A DNA stretch of 64,000 bases, from the NCBI GenBank assembly GCA_021776825.1, contig JAJFFG010000096.1:55876-119875 (forward strand), written 5' to 3'. Positions 28,538 to 36,850 of this stretch are shown here, piece after piece. The position numbers and the translations under genes are program-made. The notes under the pieces were generated by a model, which had not been told where the DNA came from, ran no database searches, and saw nothing but the letters and a program-made list of their open reading frames with translations. The DNA comes from Planctomycetota bacterium. Lineage in GTDB: Bacteria > Planctomycetota > JAJSAM01 > JAJVHW01. Each line of letters begins with the position of its first letter. Position 1 is the stretch's first letter.

Positions 28538-29164
28538 CTAGCGGAACCGCTCAAGTCCGTCCCAGTTCGAGCGCACGGGCTCGCGATGTCGCGGATCAGA
28601 GAGGCCGACCTCCTCCAACGTGTAGTTCATGCGTGCGAAGTTACATGGAGCGCAAGTCACCACTATGTTTCCGATGTTGTTGTCGCCGCCTCTGGCGTGC
28701 GGCAGGACATGATCGTATTGCAGCCACATCGCCTGAAAGCCCGCATGCTGTGACGAGTTGGTGGTTCCCCAGGGGACGGACTCCGGATACGCGCGATGGA
28801 TGCGCTTGCGGACGTTCGGTCGGATCACCGGGATGCGGCAGAACCGGCAGTGGAAGCCATCGCGATCGCGTAGCGTCGACTTCTCCGCTGCCGTGGGCAT
28901 GCGAGCGTGAAGCCGTTCGGACTTCGCGACAGACGGAGGAGCGTGATCCACTGCCCGGTATTGCACGTACGGGCTGTACTTGCCCCAGAGCGACTCAGTC
29001 CAGTCTCGGACCTCCGACGTGTCCGCAAGTACGAGGAGTTCGCTGGCGAGGTCTGCCTTCCCAGCGATATGGGCAGACACGGCTGCATCCAGGAACCGCG
29101 CCGCATCAGCGATGGCGGAGATCGGCTCTCTGAGGCAGCGTCGCAACTCGTCCCGCGCGGTCAT
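28538..29164 (-). CDS. HNH endonuclease
   Basis: GGAGG RBS before ATG 29164; RDGFHCRFC, QYDHVLPHARGGDNNIGNIVVTCAPCNFAR; visibly lower GC than neighbours. Confidence 0.9.
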   Translation of the reverse strand: MTARDELRRCLREPISAIADAARFLDAAVSAHIAGKADLASELLVLADTSEVRDWTESLWGKYSPYVQYRAVDHAPPSVAKSERLHARMPTAAEKSTLRDRDGFHCRFCRIPVIRPNVRKRIHRAYPESVPWGTTNSSQHAGFQAMWLQYDHVLPHARGGDNNIGNIVVTCAPCNFARMNYTLEEVGLSDPRHREPVRSNWDGLERFR

Positions 29165-29292
29165 CGCAACCTCCTCGGCGTACTCGCATCGCTCGTCGTC
29201 GTCGGGATCATCGCACGCGGCGGGCGGAGGTTCAACGACACCTCCGCTGCCGCCGAACCACGCAGCCATGATCTCGCGGTGGCCGCGCAATT

Positions 29293-29330
29293 CCGAGAAC
29301 GGTGGAATCCTTCACCGTGCCCGTTCTTCC
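29293..29330 (+). repeat. 38-bp direct repeat, copy 2 (upstream of HNH gene)
   Basis: CCGAGAACGGTGGAATCCTTCACCGTGCCCGTTCTTCC with internal palindrome ACGGTG/CACCGT. Confidence 0.8.
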
Positions 29331-29359
29331 CCCCCCTCGCTCGCCGTTCGCGTCTCGAA

Positions 29360-29606
29360 CACCGGCCGTGGGTCCGTGAGCGACGCCGACGTTCCAGTCG
29401 AGTTCGGCGAGCTGACAGAGCCGCGCCGCGACCGCGCGCGCGTAGTCGGGGTCCTTGCGCACCAACTCGTCGTCCGTGCGCACACGTTGGTGGATCGGCG
29501 AGATCCCGGCACCGAGGTCGGTGCTCTCCGGTCTGGTCCGGTGCGGGACATGCGCCGGGCGTTCCACGTCCGACCGTCGTTCCCAGACAAGCCGCAGAAG
29601 GCGCAT
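29360..29606 (-). pseudogene. Possible gene remnant of unknown family
   Basis: Frame MRLLRLVWE…IHQRVRTDDELVRKDPDYARAVAARLCQLAELDWNVG has GC-ending codons over ~50 codons; no recognisable family. Confidence 0.3.
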
Positions 29607-29731
29607 CGCGCCGCCGGCGGCCCGGCTGCACCGCAATTCCCCGCCGCTCGCCACCCAGTCGGCCTATGGCTAGCGGGCTGTCGCGCCAACCTGCGTTGCC
29701 CGTCGAGGCCGCAACTCCGACAGCCCGGTAG
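29604..29731. mobile_element. ~128-bp dispersed repeat ending in the 62-bp inverted-repeat element (family A copy 2)
   Basis: CTAGCGGGCTGTCG…CGACAGCCCGGTAG at 29670-29731; upstream 66 bp also match 34338-34402. Confidence 0.75.
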
Positions 29732-29801
29732 CCCGGCGTTCCTCGGCGACGCCCGGCGCCCCGTGTAGGCTCAGGTCCCCCCGCCCCCGGGCCGCTCTGC
29801 G

Positions 29802-30830
29802 TTGCCTGCCGTGAATCACGAACCGATCCTGCATGGCTCTGCCGCCGACGCGGACCAAGGCCTCGACGTCGCTCTTCGTCCACGTGGATTCGAGGAGTTC
29901 ATCGGCCAAGCGAACCTCGTGGAGAACCTCCGCGTCTTCATCTCCGCGGCACGCGCCCGCGAAGAGCCCCTCGACCATGTGCTGCTTTCCGGCCTGCCTG
30001 GTCTCGGAAAGACGTCGCTCGCGCACATCATTGCGCGAGAGATGCAGGGGTCGTGTCGCGCCACGAGCGGGCCGGCGCTGGTTCGTCCGGCTGATCTCGC
30101 CGGCATCCTGACGAACCTCGGCGCCGGGGACGTGCTGTTCATCGACGAGATCCATCGTCTTCCGCCGACCGTCGAGGAGGTCCTCTACTCGGCGATGGAG
30201 GACTTCGAGATCGACATCCTGATCGATACCGGCCCGAGTGCGCGCAGCGTGAAGGTGCCGTTGCAGCGGTTCACGCTCGTCGGGGCCACGACGCGCGAAG
30301 GGCAGCTCTCGGCGGCGTTCCGCAGTCGCTTCGGCCTGTCCGAGAAACTGCGGCCGTACGGCAGCGCGGATCTCGCCGAGATCGTGCGCCGCAGCGCTGA
30401 GCGCCTCAGCGTCGAGATCGACGAGGATGCGACGCACTCCATCGCCTCCCGTGCCCGCGGGACTCCGCGCGTGGCCAACCGCCTCGTCAAGCGCATGCGC
30501 GACTTTGCGCAGGTGCTCGGGGAGGGACGGATCACGACTCCCGTGGCGGCCGACGGGCTCGCGCGCCTCGGCCTCGACACGAACGGGTTCGACGAGTCGG
30601 ATCGGCGGCTGCTGCTCGCGCTTCATCGCGCAGGTCAGCCGCTCGGGCTGAAGGGGCTCGCGGTCGCGATCGGCGAAGAGGAGCAGACGGTCGAGGACGT
30701 CGTCGAGCCCTTCCTGCTCACGCAGGGCTGGATCCTGCGCACGTCGCGCGGACGCTGTCTCACGGAGCGTGGCATCGGGTGGGCGACGACGGCGGAGCCG
30801 GTCGATCCCCCGTCGGGGCAGCTCTTCTGA
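29802..30830 (+). CDS. ruvB: Holliday junction branch migration helicase RuvB
   Basis: LRPRGFEEFIGQ, DHVLLSGLPGLGKTSLA, FIDEIHRL, LYSAMEDF, RARGTPRVANRL, EPFL…RTSRGR. Confidence 0.97.
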   Translation: MPAVNHEPILHGSAADADQGLDVALRPRGFEEFIGQANLVENLRVFISAARAREEPLDHVLLSGLPGLGKTSLAHIIAREMQGSCRATSGPALVRPADLAGILTNLGAGDVLFIDEIHRLPPTVEEVLYSAMEDFEIDILIDTGPSARSVKVPLQRFTLVGATTREGQLSAAFRSRFGLSEKLRPYGSADLAEIVRRSAERLSVEIDEDATHSIASRARGTPRVANRLVKRMRDFAQVLGEGRITTPVAADGLARLGLDTNGFDESDRRLLLALHRAGQPLGLKGLAVAIGEEEQTVEDVVEPFLLTQGWILRTSRGRCLTERGIGWATTAEPVDPPSGQLF

Positions 30831-32080
30831 TGCGATCCACCACCGCAGTCGGACGGGCCCTACTCGGCCTGTGCTTGACTGGACTGGGCATCGGAGGCCT
30901 GTTCCTCGCTGGATGCAGCGGCGACGACATCCCGCCGTCGCGGCAGCCGGTCAGTCCGACCCCGGCCGCGATCCCCGACCTGTTCCTCTCCGCGCCACCG
31001 ACGGTCCATGTCCGGCTCTCCGCGCCCACGCGTGCCGGCGAGGCCCACGTGCGCGTGAGGGGTTCGTTCCAAGTGCGCGATCTCGACGGACGGGTCCAGC
31101 ACCACGGGCGCGACCTCGACGAGGTCGTTCGCCTCGACGCGAGCGGCGTCCGCGTCGCCGGCGTCACGCTCCCGCGCCATGGCGGCGTCGTGGTGCCCGC
31201 GACCTCGGGTGCCATCCAGGTGGGCGACCGGCACTACCCGGGCGATCTGCGCATCGCGCGCTGCGTCGACGGTCGCTGTCGCCTGTACATCGTCACCGAT
31301 CTCGAGACGTACGTGATGGGCGTGGTGCCCGGCGAGATCCCCGCCAAGTTCCCGCGAGCGTCCCAGCGCGTGCAGGCGATCCTCGCGCGCACGTACGCTC
31401 TGTCGAACGTGAAGTCCGCGCTCCGCGGCGCCACGGTCATGGTCTCGGACAGCGGGGGCGAGGATCAGGAGTACGTCGGCATTCCGGCGGTCGCCCGGCA
31501 TCGCAGCGTGGCTCGCGATGCCGTCGAGAGCACGCGCGGCCAAGTGCTCATCGACGGCGAAGCGCCCCTGCGGGCGTGGTACCACAGCACGTGCGGCGGG
31601 AGCACTGCACCGGCCCACACGGTGTTCGACACCACACCCCGTGACGCCCTGGGGGGCGTTCCGTGCGAGTGGTGCTCGGAGAGCAAGTACCACCGCTGGG
31701 AAGCCTCGATCCCGGCCGCCGAGATCGTCCGCGCCGCCCGACTGCGCGGTCGGCTGACGGCCTTCGCCGTCGGCGCCACGGATCCCGGCGGTCGAGCCAC
31801 CACGTTCCACGTCACGACCGACTCGGCCTCCACGGAGGTCGCGGCCCCGGCGTTCCGACTCTCCGTCGGCGCGTCACGTCTCCGTTCGGTCCACGTCGAC
31901 ACCGCCACTATCGACACCGCGGGGAGCGGACCCGCCACACTCGAGCTCTCCGGGCGCGGCTGGGGCCACGGCGTCGGACTCTGTCAGATGGGCGCGAAAG
32001 GCATGGCCGAGGACGGTCGCAGCGCAGAGCGCATCGTGGCCTACTACTACCCCGGCTCGGGACTCGTGCGCCTCTGGTGA
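30830..32080 (+). CDS. SpoIID/LytB-domain lytic transglycosylase-like protein
   Basis: LETYVMGVVPGE, QAILARTYAL, DQEYVG, YHSTCGG, GRGWGHGVGLCQMGA…YYYPG; N-terminal lipoprotein-like LAG|C. Confidence 0.9.
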   Translation: MRSTTAVGRALLGLCLTGLGIGGLFLAGCSGDDIPPSRQPVSPTPAAIPDLFLSAPPTVHVRLSAPTRAGEAHVRVRGSFQVRDLDGRVQHHGRDLDEVVRLDASGVRVAGVTLPRHGGVVVPATSGAIQVGDRHYPGDLRIARCVDGRCRLYIVTDLETYVMGVVPGEIPAKFPRASQRVQAILARTYALSNVKSALRGATVMVSDSGGEDQEYVGIPAVARHRSVARDAVESTRGQVLIDGEAPLRAWYHSTCGGSTAPAHTVFDTTPRDALGGVPCEWCSESKYHRWEASIPAAEIVRAARLRGRLTAFAVGATDPGGRATTFHVTTDSASTEVAAPAFRLSVGASRLRSVHVDTATIDTAGSGPATLELSGRGWGHGVGLCQMGAKGMAEDGRSAERIVAYYYPGSGLVRLW

Positions 32081-33192
32081 GCGCGCTCTCGTTCCGACTC
32101 GAAGCGACCGATGGCTTCGCGCGCGCGGGTCGGATCGTCACGCCTCACGGCGAGGCGACGACTCCGGCGTTCATGCCGGTCGGGACGCGCGCCGCGATGA
32201 AGGTGATGACGGTCCAGGACCTCCGCACCGCCGGCGCCGGTATCGTGCTCGCGAACGCGTATCACCTGATGCAGCGCCCGGGTGAGGACGTCGTCCGGGA
32301 TCTCGGCGGACTCCATCGTTTCATGGGCTGGGACGGCCCGATGCTGACGGATTCGGGCGGGTTCCAGGTGTGGTCTCTGGCCGAGCTCCGACGCATGGAT
32401 GCCGATGGAGTGACCTTCAAGTCCGAGATCGACGGGAACATGCTGCGCCTGACGCCGGAGCGCGCCGTCGAGATCCAGGAGGCGCTCGGCGCCGACATCA
32501 TCATGCCGCTCGATCACTGCATCGAGTACCCCGCCGAACGCGAGGCGGTGGAGCGCGCCGTCGACACGACCATCGCGTGGGCACGACGCAGCGTGGCGGC
32601 GCAGACGCGCACCGATCAGGCGCTCTTTCCCATCGTGCAGGGCGGTATGCACGACGACCTGCGCGTGCGCTGTGCCGAGGCTCTCGTCGAGCTCGACGCG
32701 CCGGGCTACGCGGCCGGCGGCTTCAGCGTCGGCGAGCCGGGCGAGCGCACCTGGGTCACGCTGGCGCGGACCAACGACGTGCTGCCGACAGAACGTCCGC
32801 GCTACCTGATGGGCGTCGGCACGCCGGCGGACTTCCTCGCGGCGGTCGCGGCGGGCACCGACATGATGGACTGCGTTCTGCCGACACGGAACGCGCGTCA
32901 CAAGTACGCGTTCACGCCGCGCGGCACGCTCCGCATGCGCAACCTGAAGCATGCTCGCGACGAGCGCCCGGTCGACGACACGTGCGACTGCGCCACCTGC
33001 ACGACGCACTCACGCGGCTACCTCCGGCACCTCTCCCAGATGGACGAGCCGCTCGTCTGGACGCTGCTCTCCATCCACAACGTGACGTTCATGCTGCGGC
33101 TCGCGCGAGAGACGCGTGCAGCCATCGCCGGAGGCACGTTCGCCGCGTTCCGCACGCGGACCCTCGCTGGTCTCGCCGTGGACGACGCGTGA
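32077..33192 (+). CDS. tgt: Queuine tRNA-ribosyltransferase
   Basis: TPAFMPVGT, ANAYHL, LTDSGGFQV, IVQGG, PRYLMGVG, DMMDCVLPTRNAR, CDCATC. Confidence 0.96.
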   Translation: MSALSFRLEATDGFARAGRIVTPHGEATTPAFMPVGTRAAMKVMTVQDLRTAGAGIVLANAYHLMQRPGEDVVRDLGGLHRFMGWDGPMLTDSGGFQVWSLAELRRMDADGVTFKSEIDGNMLRLTPERAVEIQEALGADIIMPLDHCIEYPAEREAVERAVDTTIAWARRSVAAQTRTDQALFPIVQGGMHDDLRVRCAEALVELDAPGYAAGGFSVGEPGERTWVTLARTNDVLPTERPRYLMGVGTPADFLAAVAAGTDMMDCVLPTRNARHKYAFTPRGTLRMRNLKHARDERPVDDTCDCATCTTHSRGYLRHLSQMDEPLVWTLLSIHNVTFMLRLARETRAAIAGGTFAAFRTRTLAGLAVDDA

Positions 33193-33253
33193 GCCCAGAT
33201 TCCGGTTGCCGGATGCCCGAGGCGTGGGCAGTCTTGAGTCGAAGGGGACGCCC

Positions 33254-34282
33254 ATGAAGCTCAAAGAGGCTCTACTGCTCGTCGGAATGCTCGTGTCCGT
33301 CGCCGTGGCGATGGCGGCGTTCATGCACCCGCAGGGCTTCGACGGCGTCATCGCGATGGTCGTCGGTGGGGAGTCGGCCGCGGAGCCGGAGGACGAGACC
33401 GTCGACACGGGCTCGGCCGTGCGCTCGCCGAAGGCGGCCGCAGACGCCGAACTGCGCAAGGGTGACAGAGCGTACGACTCGGGTCGCTTCAACTCGGCGG
33501 TGACCTTCTACATGATCGCCTACGGCGCTGCGCAGACGCCGCGGCAGAAGCAGCGCGCGAAGCGTGGTCTCCATCAGGCCGTTCTCGCGAACGCCCTGGT
33601 TCGTGGAGCCTCCGTGCCCTCGGGCAGCGTCGGCGCGGCGGACCGCTTCCGCGAGCTGCGGACGAAGGCCGAGTCCTCCCGCACCGAGACGGACTGGCTC
33701 GCCGCCGCTCGCTTCGCCGCTGGAGCGCAGCTCACGGGCGACGTCCGTGACACGGTGCGGTCGGCACTCGACGCAGCCCGGTCCGGAGGGGTGGTCGAGA
33801 CGCAGTTGCTCTCCTCGCTGCCCCACATGGGCGCCAAGTCGCGCCCGCTCCGCGCGGCGATGACCGCCGTCGGGCTCGGAAGTGCGTTCACTCGACCTGG
33901 TTCCACGGCGTCGCTACCTGGAGGGAACGGCAGCGGCGGCACCCGCCGTGGGCTGAGCGACCTCGACGGCCCGAGCGGCATCGGTGGCGTCGGCGCGGCG
34001 TCGATGCCCCACGGTGACTTCTCGCGCGAGATGACGGGCCGCCTCAAACAGGCCATCCAATGGGCGACCGAGGGCTTGGAGCTCTATCGGCAGGCGGGGG
34101 ATACCGAGGCGCTGAACCGCAACGAGCTCCGCACGAAAGCGCACAAGCTGCTGAAACAGGCGCGCGACGTGTTCAACGACGCGCAGGAACAGGACCCCGA
34201 GTCCGGCGACCTCGATCGCTGGATGCACCGCGTGATGGAGGGGATCGCGCAGCTCAACAAGGAGCGCGTCTTCGGCGACTGA
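33254..34282 (+). CDS. Membrane-anchored/secreted helical (TPR-like) hypothetical protein
   Basis: AAGGGG RBS; N-terminal hydrophobic segment; helical repeats (GDRAYDSGRFNSAVTFY; GLELYRQA…ARDVFNDAQEQDP). Confidence 0.7.
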   Translation: MKLKEALLLVGMLVSVAVAMAAFMHPQGFDGVIAMVVGGESAAEPEDETVDTGSAVRSPKAAADAELRKGDRAYDSGRFNSAVTFYMIAYGAAQTPRQKQRAKRGLHQAVLANALVRGASVPSGSVGAADRFRELRTKAESSRTETDWLAAARFAAGAQLTGDVRDTVRSALDAARSGGVVETQLLSSLPHMGAKSRPLRAAMTAVGLGSAFTRPGSTASLPGGNGSGGTRRGLSDLDGPSGIGGVGAASMPHGDFSREMTGRLKQAIQWATEGLELYRQAGDTEALNRNELRTKAHKLLKQARDVFNDAQEQDPESGDLDRWMHRVMEGIAQLNKERVFGD

Positions 34283-34337
34283 GCCGGGCCGACACGCTGA
34301 TCTGGGACCGCTGGGAACTCGATCGACCGCATCGGCA

Positions 34338-34464
34338 CATGGCGCCGCCAGCGGCCCGGCCGCGCCGCAATTCGCCACGGCTCGCCACCCAGGCGGCCAT
34401 AGTTAGCAGGCTGTCGCGCCAACCTGCGTGGCCCGTCGAGGCCGAAACTCCGACAGCCTGCTAG
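34338..34464. mobile_element. ~127-bp dispersed repeat ending in the 62-bp inverted-repeat element (family A copy 3)
   Basis: TTAGCAGGCTGTCG…CGACAGCCTGCTAG at 34403-34464; right CTAG holds the stop of the convergent SH3 gene. Confidence 0.78.
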
Positions 34465-35591
34465 TTGATCTCGATCGACGCCACGTCGAGACGATCCAGC
34501 TGCTTCTCACGCGCGCTGCGTTCGCCCCAGACGCGCACGGTGCGGCCGACGTAGTCGTCGAGGCGAAAGCGCAGGCTCCGCAGTTCGATCGAGCCATCGC
34601 CTTCGACGACGAGGATCAGGCGCCCGGCCTTGCGGATGACCGTTCCGATCGCCGCAGGCGCGCCACGATCTCCTGACCTCGCGCGGTCGAGGTCCTTCAT
34701 CTTCTTCTCGTACTCGGCCTCGCGGCGGCGTAGCTCACGCTGCTTCTGCGCCGCGTCATCCGCCGCAGCCTTCGCGCGTCGGCGCGCGTCAGCAAGACGC
34801 GTCGCTTCGAGGGCTTCGCGGATCGCCCGCGCGACGTCGCGCGCGCGTTTCTGCTGCGCCGCATCCACCGCCTTGCCCGCCAACGCGTCGGCCTGCTTGG
34901 CGTCCGCCTCACGACGGATGCCCGACTTGACGCGCGCCTCGATCTCTGTGAGCCCGGTCTCGACGGCATCGGTTCGGCGAGTCTCGTCGGCAACGCGCTC
35001 GGCAGTCTCCTCAGCCGAGACGCGGCCCTCCGTCAGACCGTCGAGCCGAGTGCGCGCGGCGATCGCCCACCTCTTGGCCAGCTCCGTGGCATCGGACTCG
35101 ATCGCGCGCACGTACTTGCCGTGGATCCACACGTGAACGCGTTCTGGTGCCACCACGCGCAGCCACGAGCCACGTTCGCCGTCGACAGAACCCAGCACGA
35201 CGAGGGACTCACCGCGCCGAAGTCGTTGATCGTGAACGGGGAAGTAGGACTGCGCCGGCGTCGCGCGCATCAGCACGTCATCGGCCGCGACCACTCCGCG
35301 GAGAGCGCCGTCCTCCCACTCCAGGAGGTCGGCGAACACGTGGACGATGGGCCCGCCAGGCAGTTGCGCGCGCCGCCAGTCGCCGTCGCGCTCGGCGACG
35401 CGCACCAAGTCGCCCTTCGCTGCGCGTCCCACTGGGTGGAAGTCCACCGAGGGTCCGGAGCGCAGGTTGACGTCATCGCCTGTGACCTCGGAGATTCCCG
35501 AGAGGGCTTCGGCTGCTGCTGGTTCCTCTGCAGGCCACGCCGGAACGGCGAGGAGGAGGAGGAGCGAGGCGGCGGAGGTGAGAGCGCGCAC
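34461..35591 (-). CDS. Secreted protein with two bacterial SH3 domains, coiled coil and C-terminal OB-like domain
   Basis: Signal peptide; VTGDDVNLRSGPS…VHVFADLL and DVLMRATP…VWIHGKYV SH3b motifs; LDDYVGRTVRVWG. Confidence 0.8.
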   Translation of the reverse strand: MRALTSAASLLLLLAVPAWPAEEPAAAEALSGISEVTGDDVNLRSGPSVDFHPVGRAAKGDLVRVAERDGDWRRAQLPGGPIVHVFADLLEWEDGALRGVVAADDVLMRATPAQSYFPVHDQRLRRGESLVVLGSVDGERGSWLRVVAPERVHVWIHGKYVRAIESDATELAKRWAIAARTRLDGLTEGRVSAEETAERVADETRRTDAVETGLTEIEARVKSGIRREADAKQADALAGKAVDAAQQKRARDVARAIREALEATRLADARRRAKAAADDAAQKQRELRRREAEYEKKMKDLDRARSGDRGAPAAIGTVIRKAGRLILVVEGDGSIELRSLRFRLDDYVGRTVRVWGERSAREKQLDRLDVASIEIN

Positions 35592-35710
35592 GTGGTGAAT
35601 CTAGCCATCCCCACCCCCACGAACTCTCGCCGCGGGAGGCTCAGCCCGACCGCGGCATGCCGCCGAGCGAGTCAGAACCCCCAGCCCGCCGCCGTCGTAG
35701 ACTGCGCGGC

Positions 35711-36847
35711 ATGGACGACCGGCCGATCGAGCCCTTCGAGTACCTGCACTTCGCGCGCACCGAGATGCTGGGCAGCACACACGAGCTCTGCATGTCCGGG
35801 GTGCCGGGCGTCGATCCCGCCGAGCTGCCGGACGACGCACCGGCCGCGGGCGAGGCCGCCAAGGACACAGGGACCGGCTCGCCGTTCGCGCCGGCAATGG
35901 GCGTCGACCCGCTTGTCGAGTGGCAGAGCCTCCTGGCCGCCCGCTACGGCTTCCCCGAGAGCGATCTGCTGCCGACGCTTGGCACGAGTGGCGGTGTGTT
36001 CGTCGCGCTCGCCGCACTCACGAGCCTCTCCGGCTGCCGCGGACCGATCGCGATCGAGGCCCCGGCGTACGGTGTCTTCGCGGCAGGCGCCCGCTTCCTC
36101 GGGCTGCCGATCGTCGACATCGAACGCGCGCGCAACGACGACTACGCCCTGGACATCGATCGCGTCGATGCCGCGTTCGCCGCCGGCGCGCGCGTCTTCT
36201 GTCTGACCGATCTTCACAACCCGTCGGGCGTGCTACTCGACGACGCGACCCTCGCGGATCTGCGCACGTGCGCGCGCAAGCACGACGCGTGGGTGCTCCT
36301 CGACGAGGTGTACCGGGACTTCCGGCCCGGCCCCGTCGGCACCGGCTACGTCCCCGGGGAGCGTGTGATCGTCACGAGCTCGCTCACGAAGTGCTACGGC
36401 CTGGGCGCCCCGCGCGCCGGATGGCTCGCCGGGCCCGCGGAGGTCATCACGGCGGCCGACCACGTGATGGAGATCCTGCACGGCGTGTATCCAGAGCCCT
36501 CCGCGGCGCTGTTCATCCGCGCGCTACGCAGCGCCGAGGACCTGCGCCGGCGTGGCGCCCGCGTCGCGCAGCGTGCGCGGCCGACCATAGATGCATGGGT
36601 CGCGACCGAGGAGCGCGTCTCGTGGGTTCCGCCGGTGGGCGGGATCACAGGACTGCTGCAGATCGAGGGTCTCACGGACTCTCGCGCGGTCTCGCAGCGT
36701 CTGCGGAGCGACCTGGACGTGCAGGTGGTCCCGGGCGCCTACTTCGGCGCCGAGGGGACACTGCGAGTCAGCTTCGGCCTGCCGCCGGCGACGCTGCAGC
36801 GAGCGCTCGAGACGCTCGCGCTCGGCATCGGCGCGCTGGTGCGCTGA
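35711..36847 (+). CDS. PLP-dependent aminotransferase class I/II
   Basis: LTDLHNPSG, LLDEVY, SSLTKCYGLGAPRAGW, VVPGAYFG, LRVSFG. Confidence 0.9.
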   Translation: MDDRPIEPFEYLHFARTEMLGSTHELCMSGVPGVDPAELPDDAPAAGEAAKDTGTGSPFAPAMGVDPLVEWQSLLAARYGFPESDLLPTLGTSGGVFVALAALTSLSGCRGPIAIEAPAYGVFAAGARFLGLPIVDIERARNDDYALDIDRVDAAFAAGARVFCLTDLHNPSGVLLDDATLADLRTCARKHDAWVLLDEVYRDFRPGPVGTGYVPGERVIVTSSLTKCYGLGAPRAGWLAGPAEVITAADHVMEILHGVYPEPSAALFIRALRSAEDLRRRGARVAQRARPTIDAWVATEERVSWVPPVGGITGLLQIEGLTDSRAVSQRLRSDLDVQVVPGAYFGAEGTLRVSFGLPPATLQRALETLALGIGALVR

Positions 36848-36850
36848 GCG

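Noticed and set aside
28430-29330. Integron cassette (attC) around the HNH gene
   Set aside because: A GTTGAAC core lies upstream on the minus strand, but there is no matching RYYYAAC inverse core after the stop and no integrase.
34403-34464. attC interpretation of the 62-bp hairpin element
   Set aside because: The ends read GTTAGCA…TGCTAG, which does not fit RYYYAAC…GTTRRRY in either orientation.
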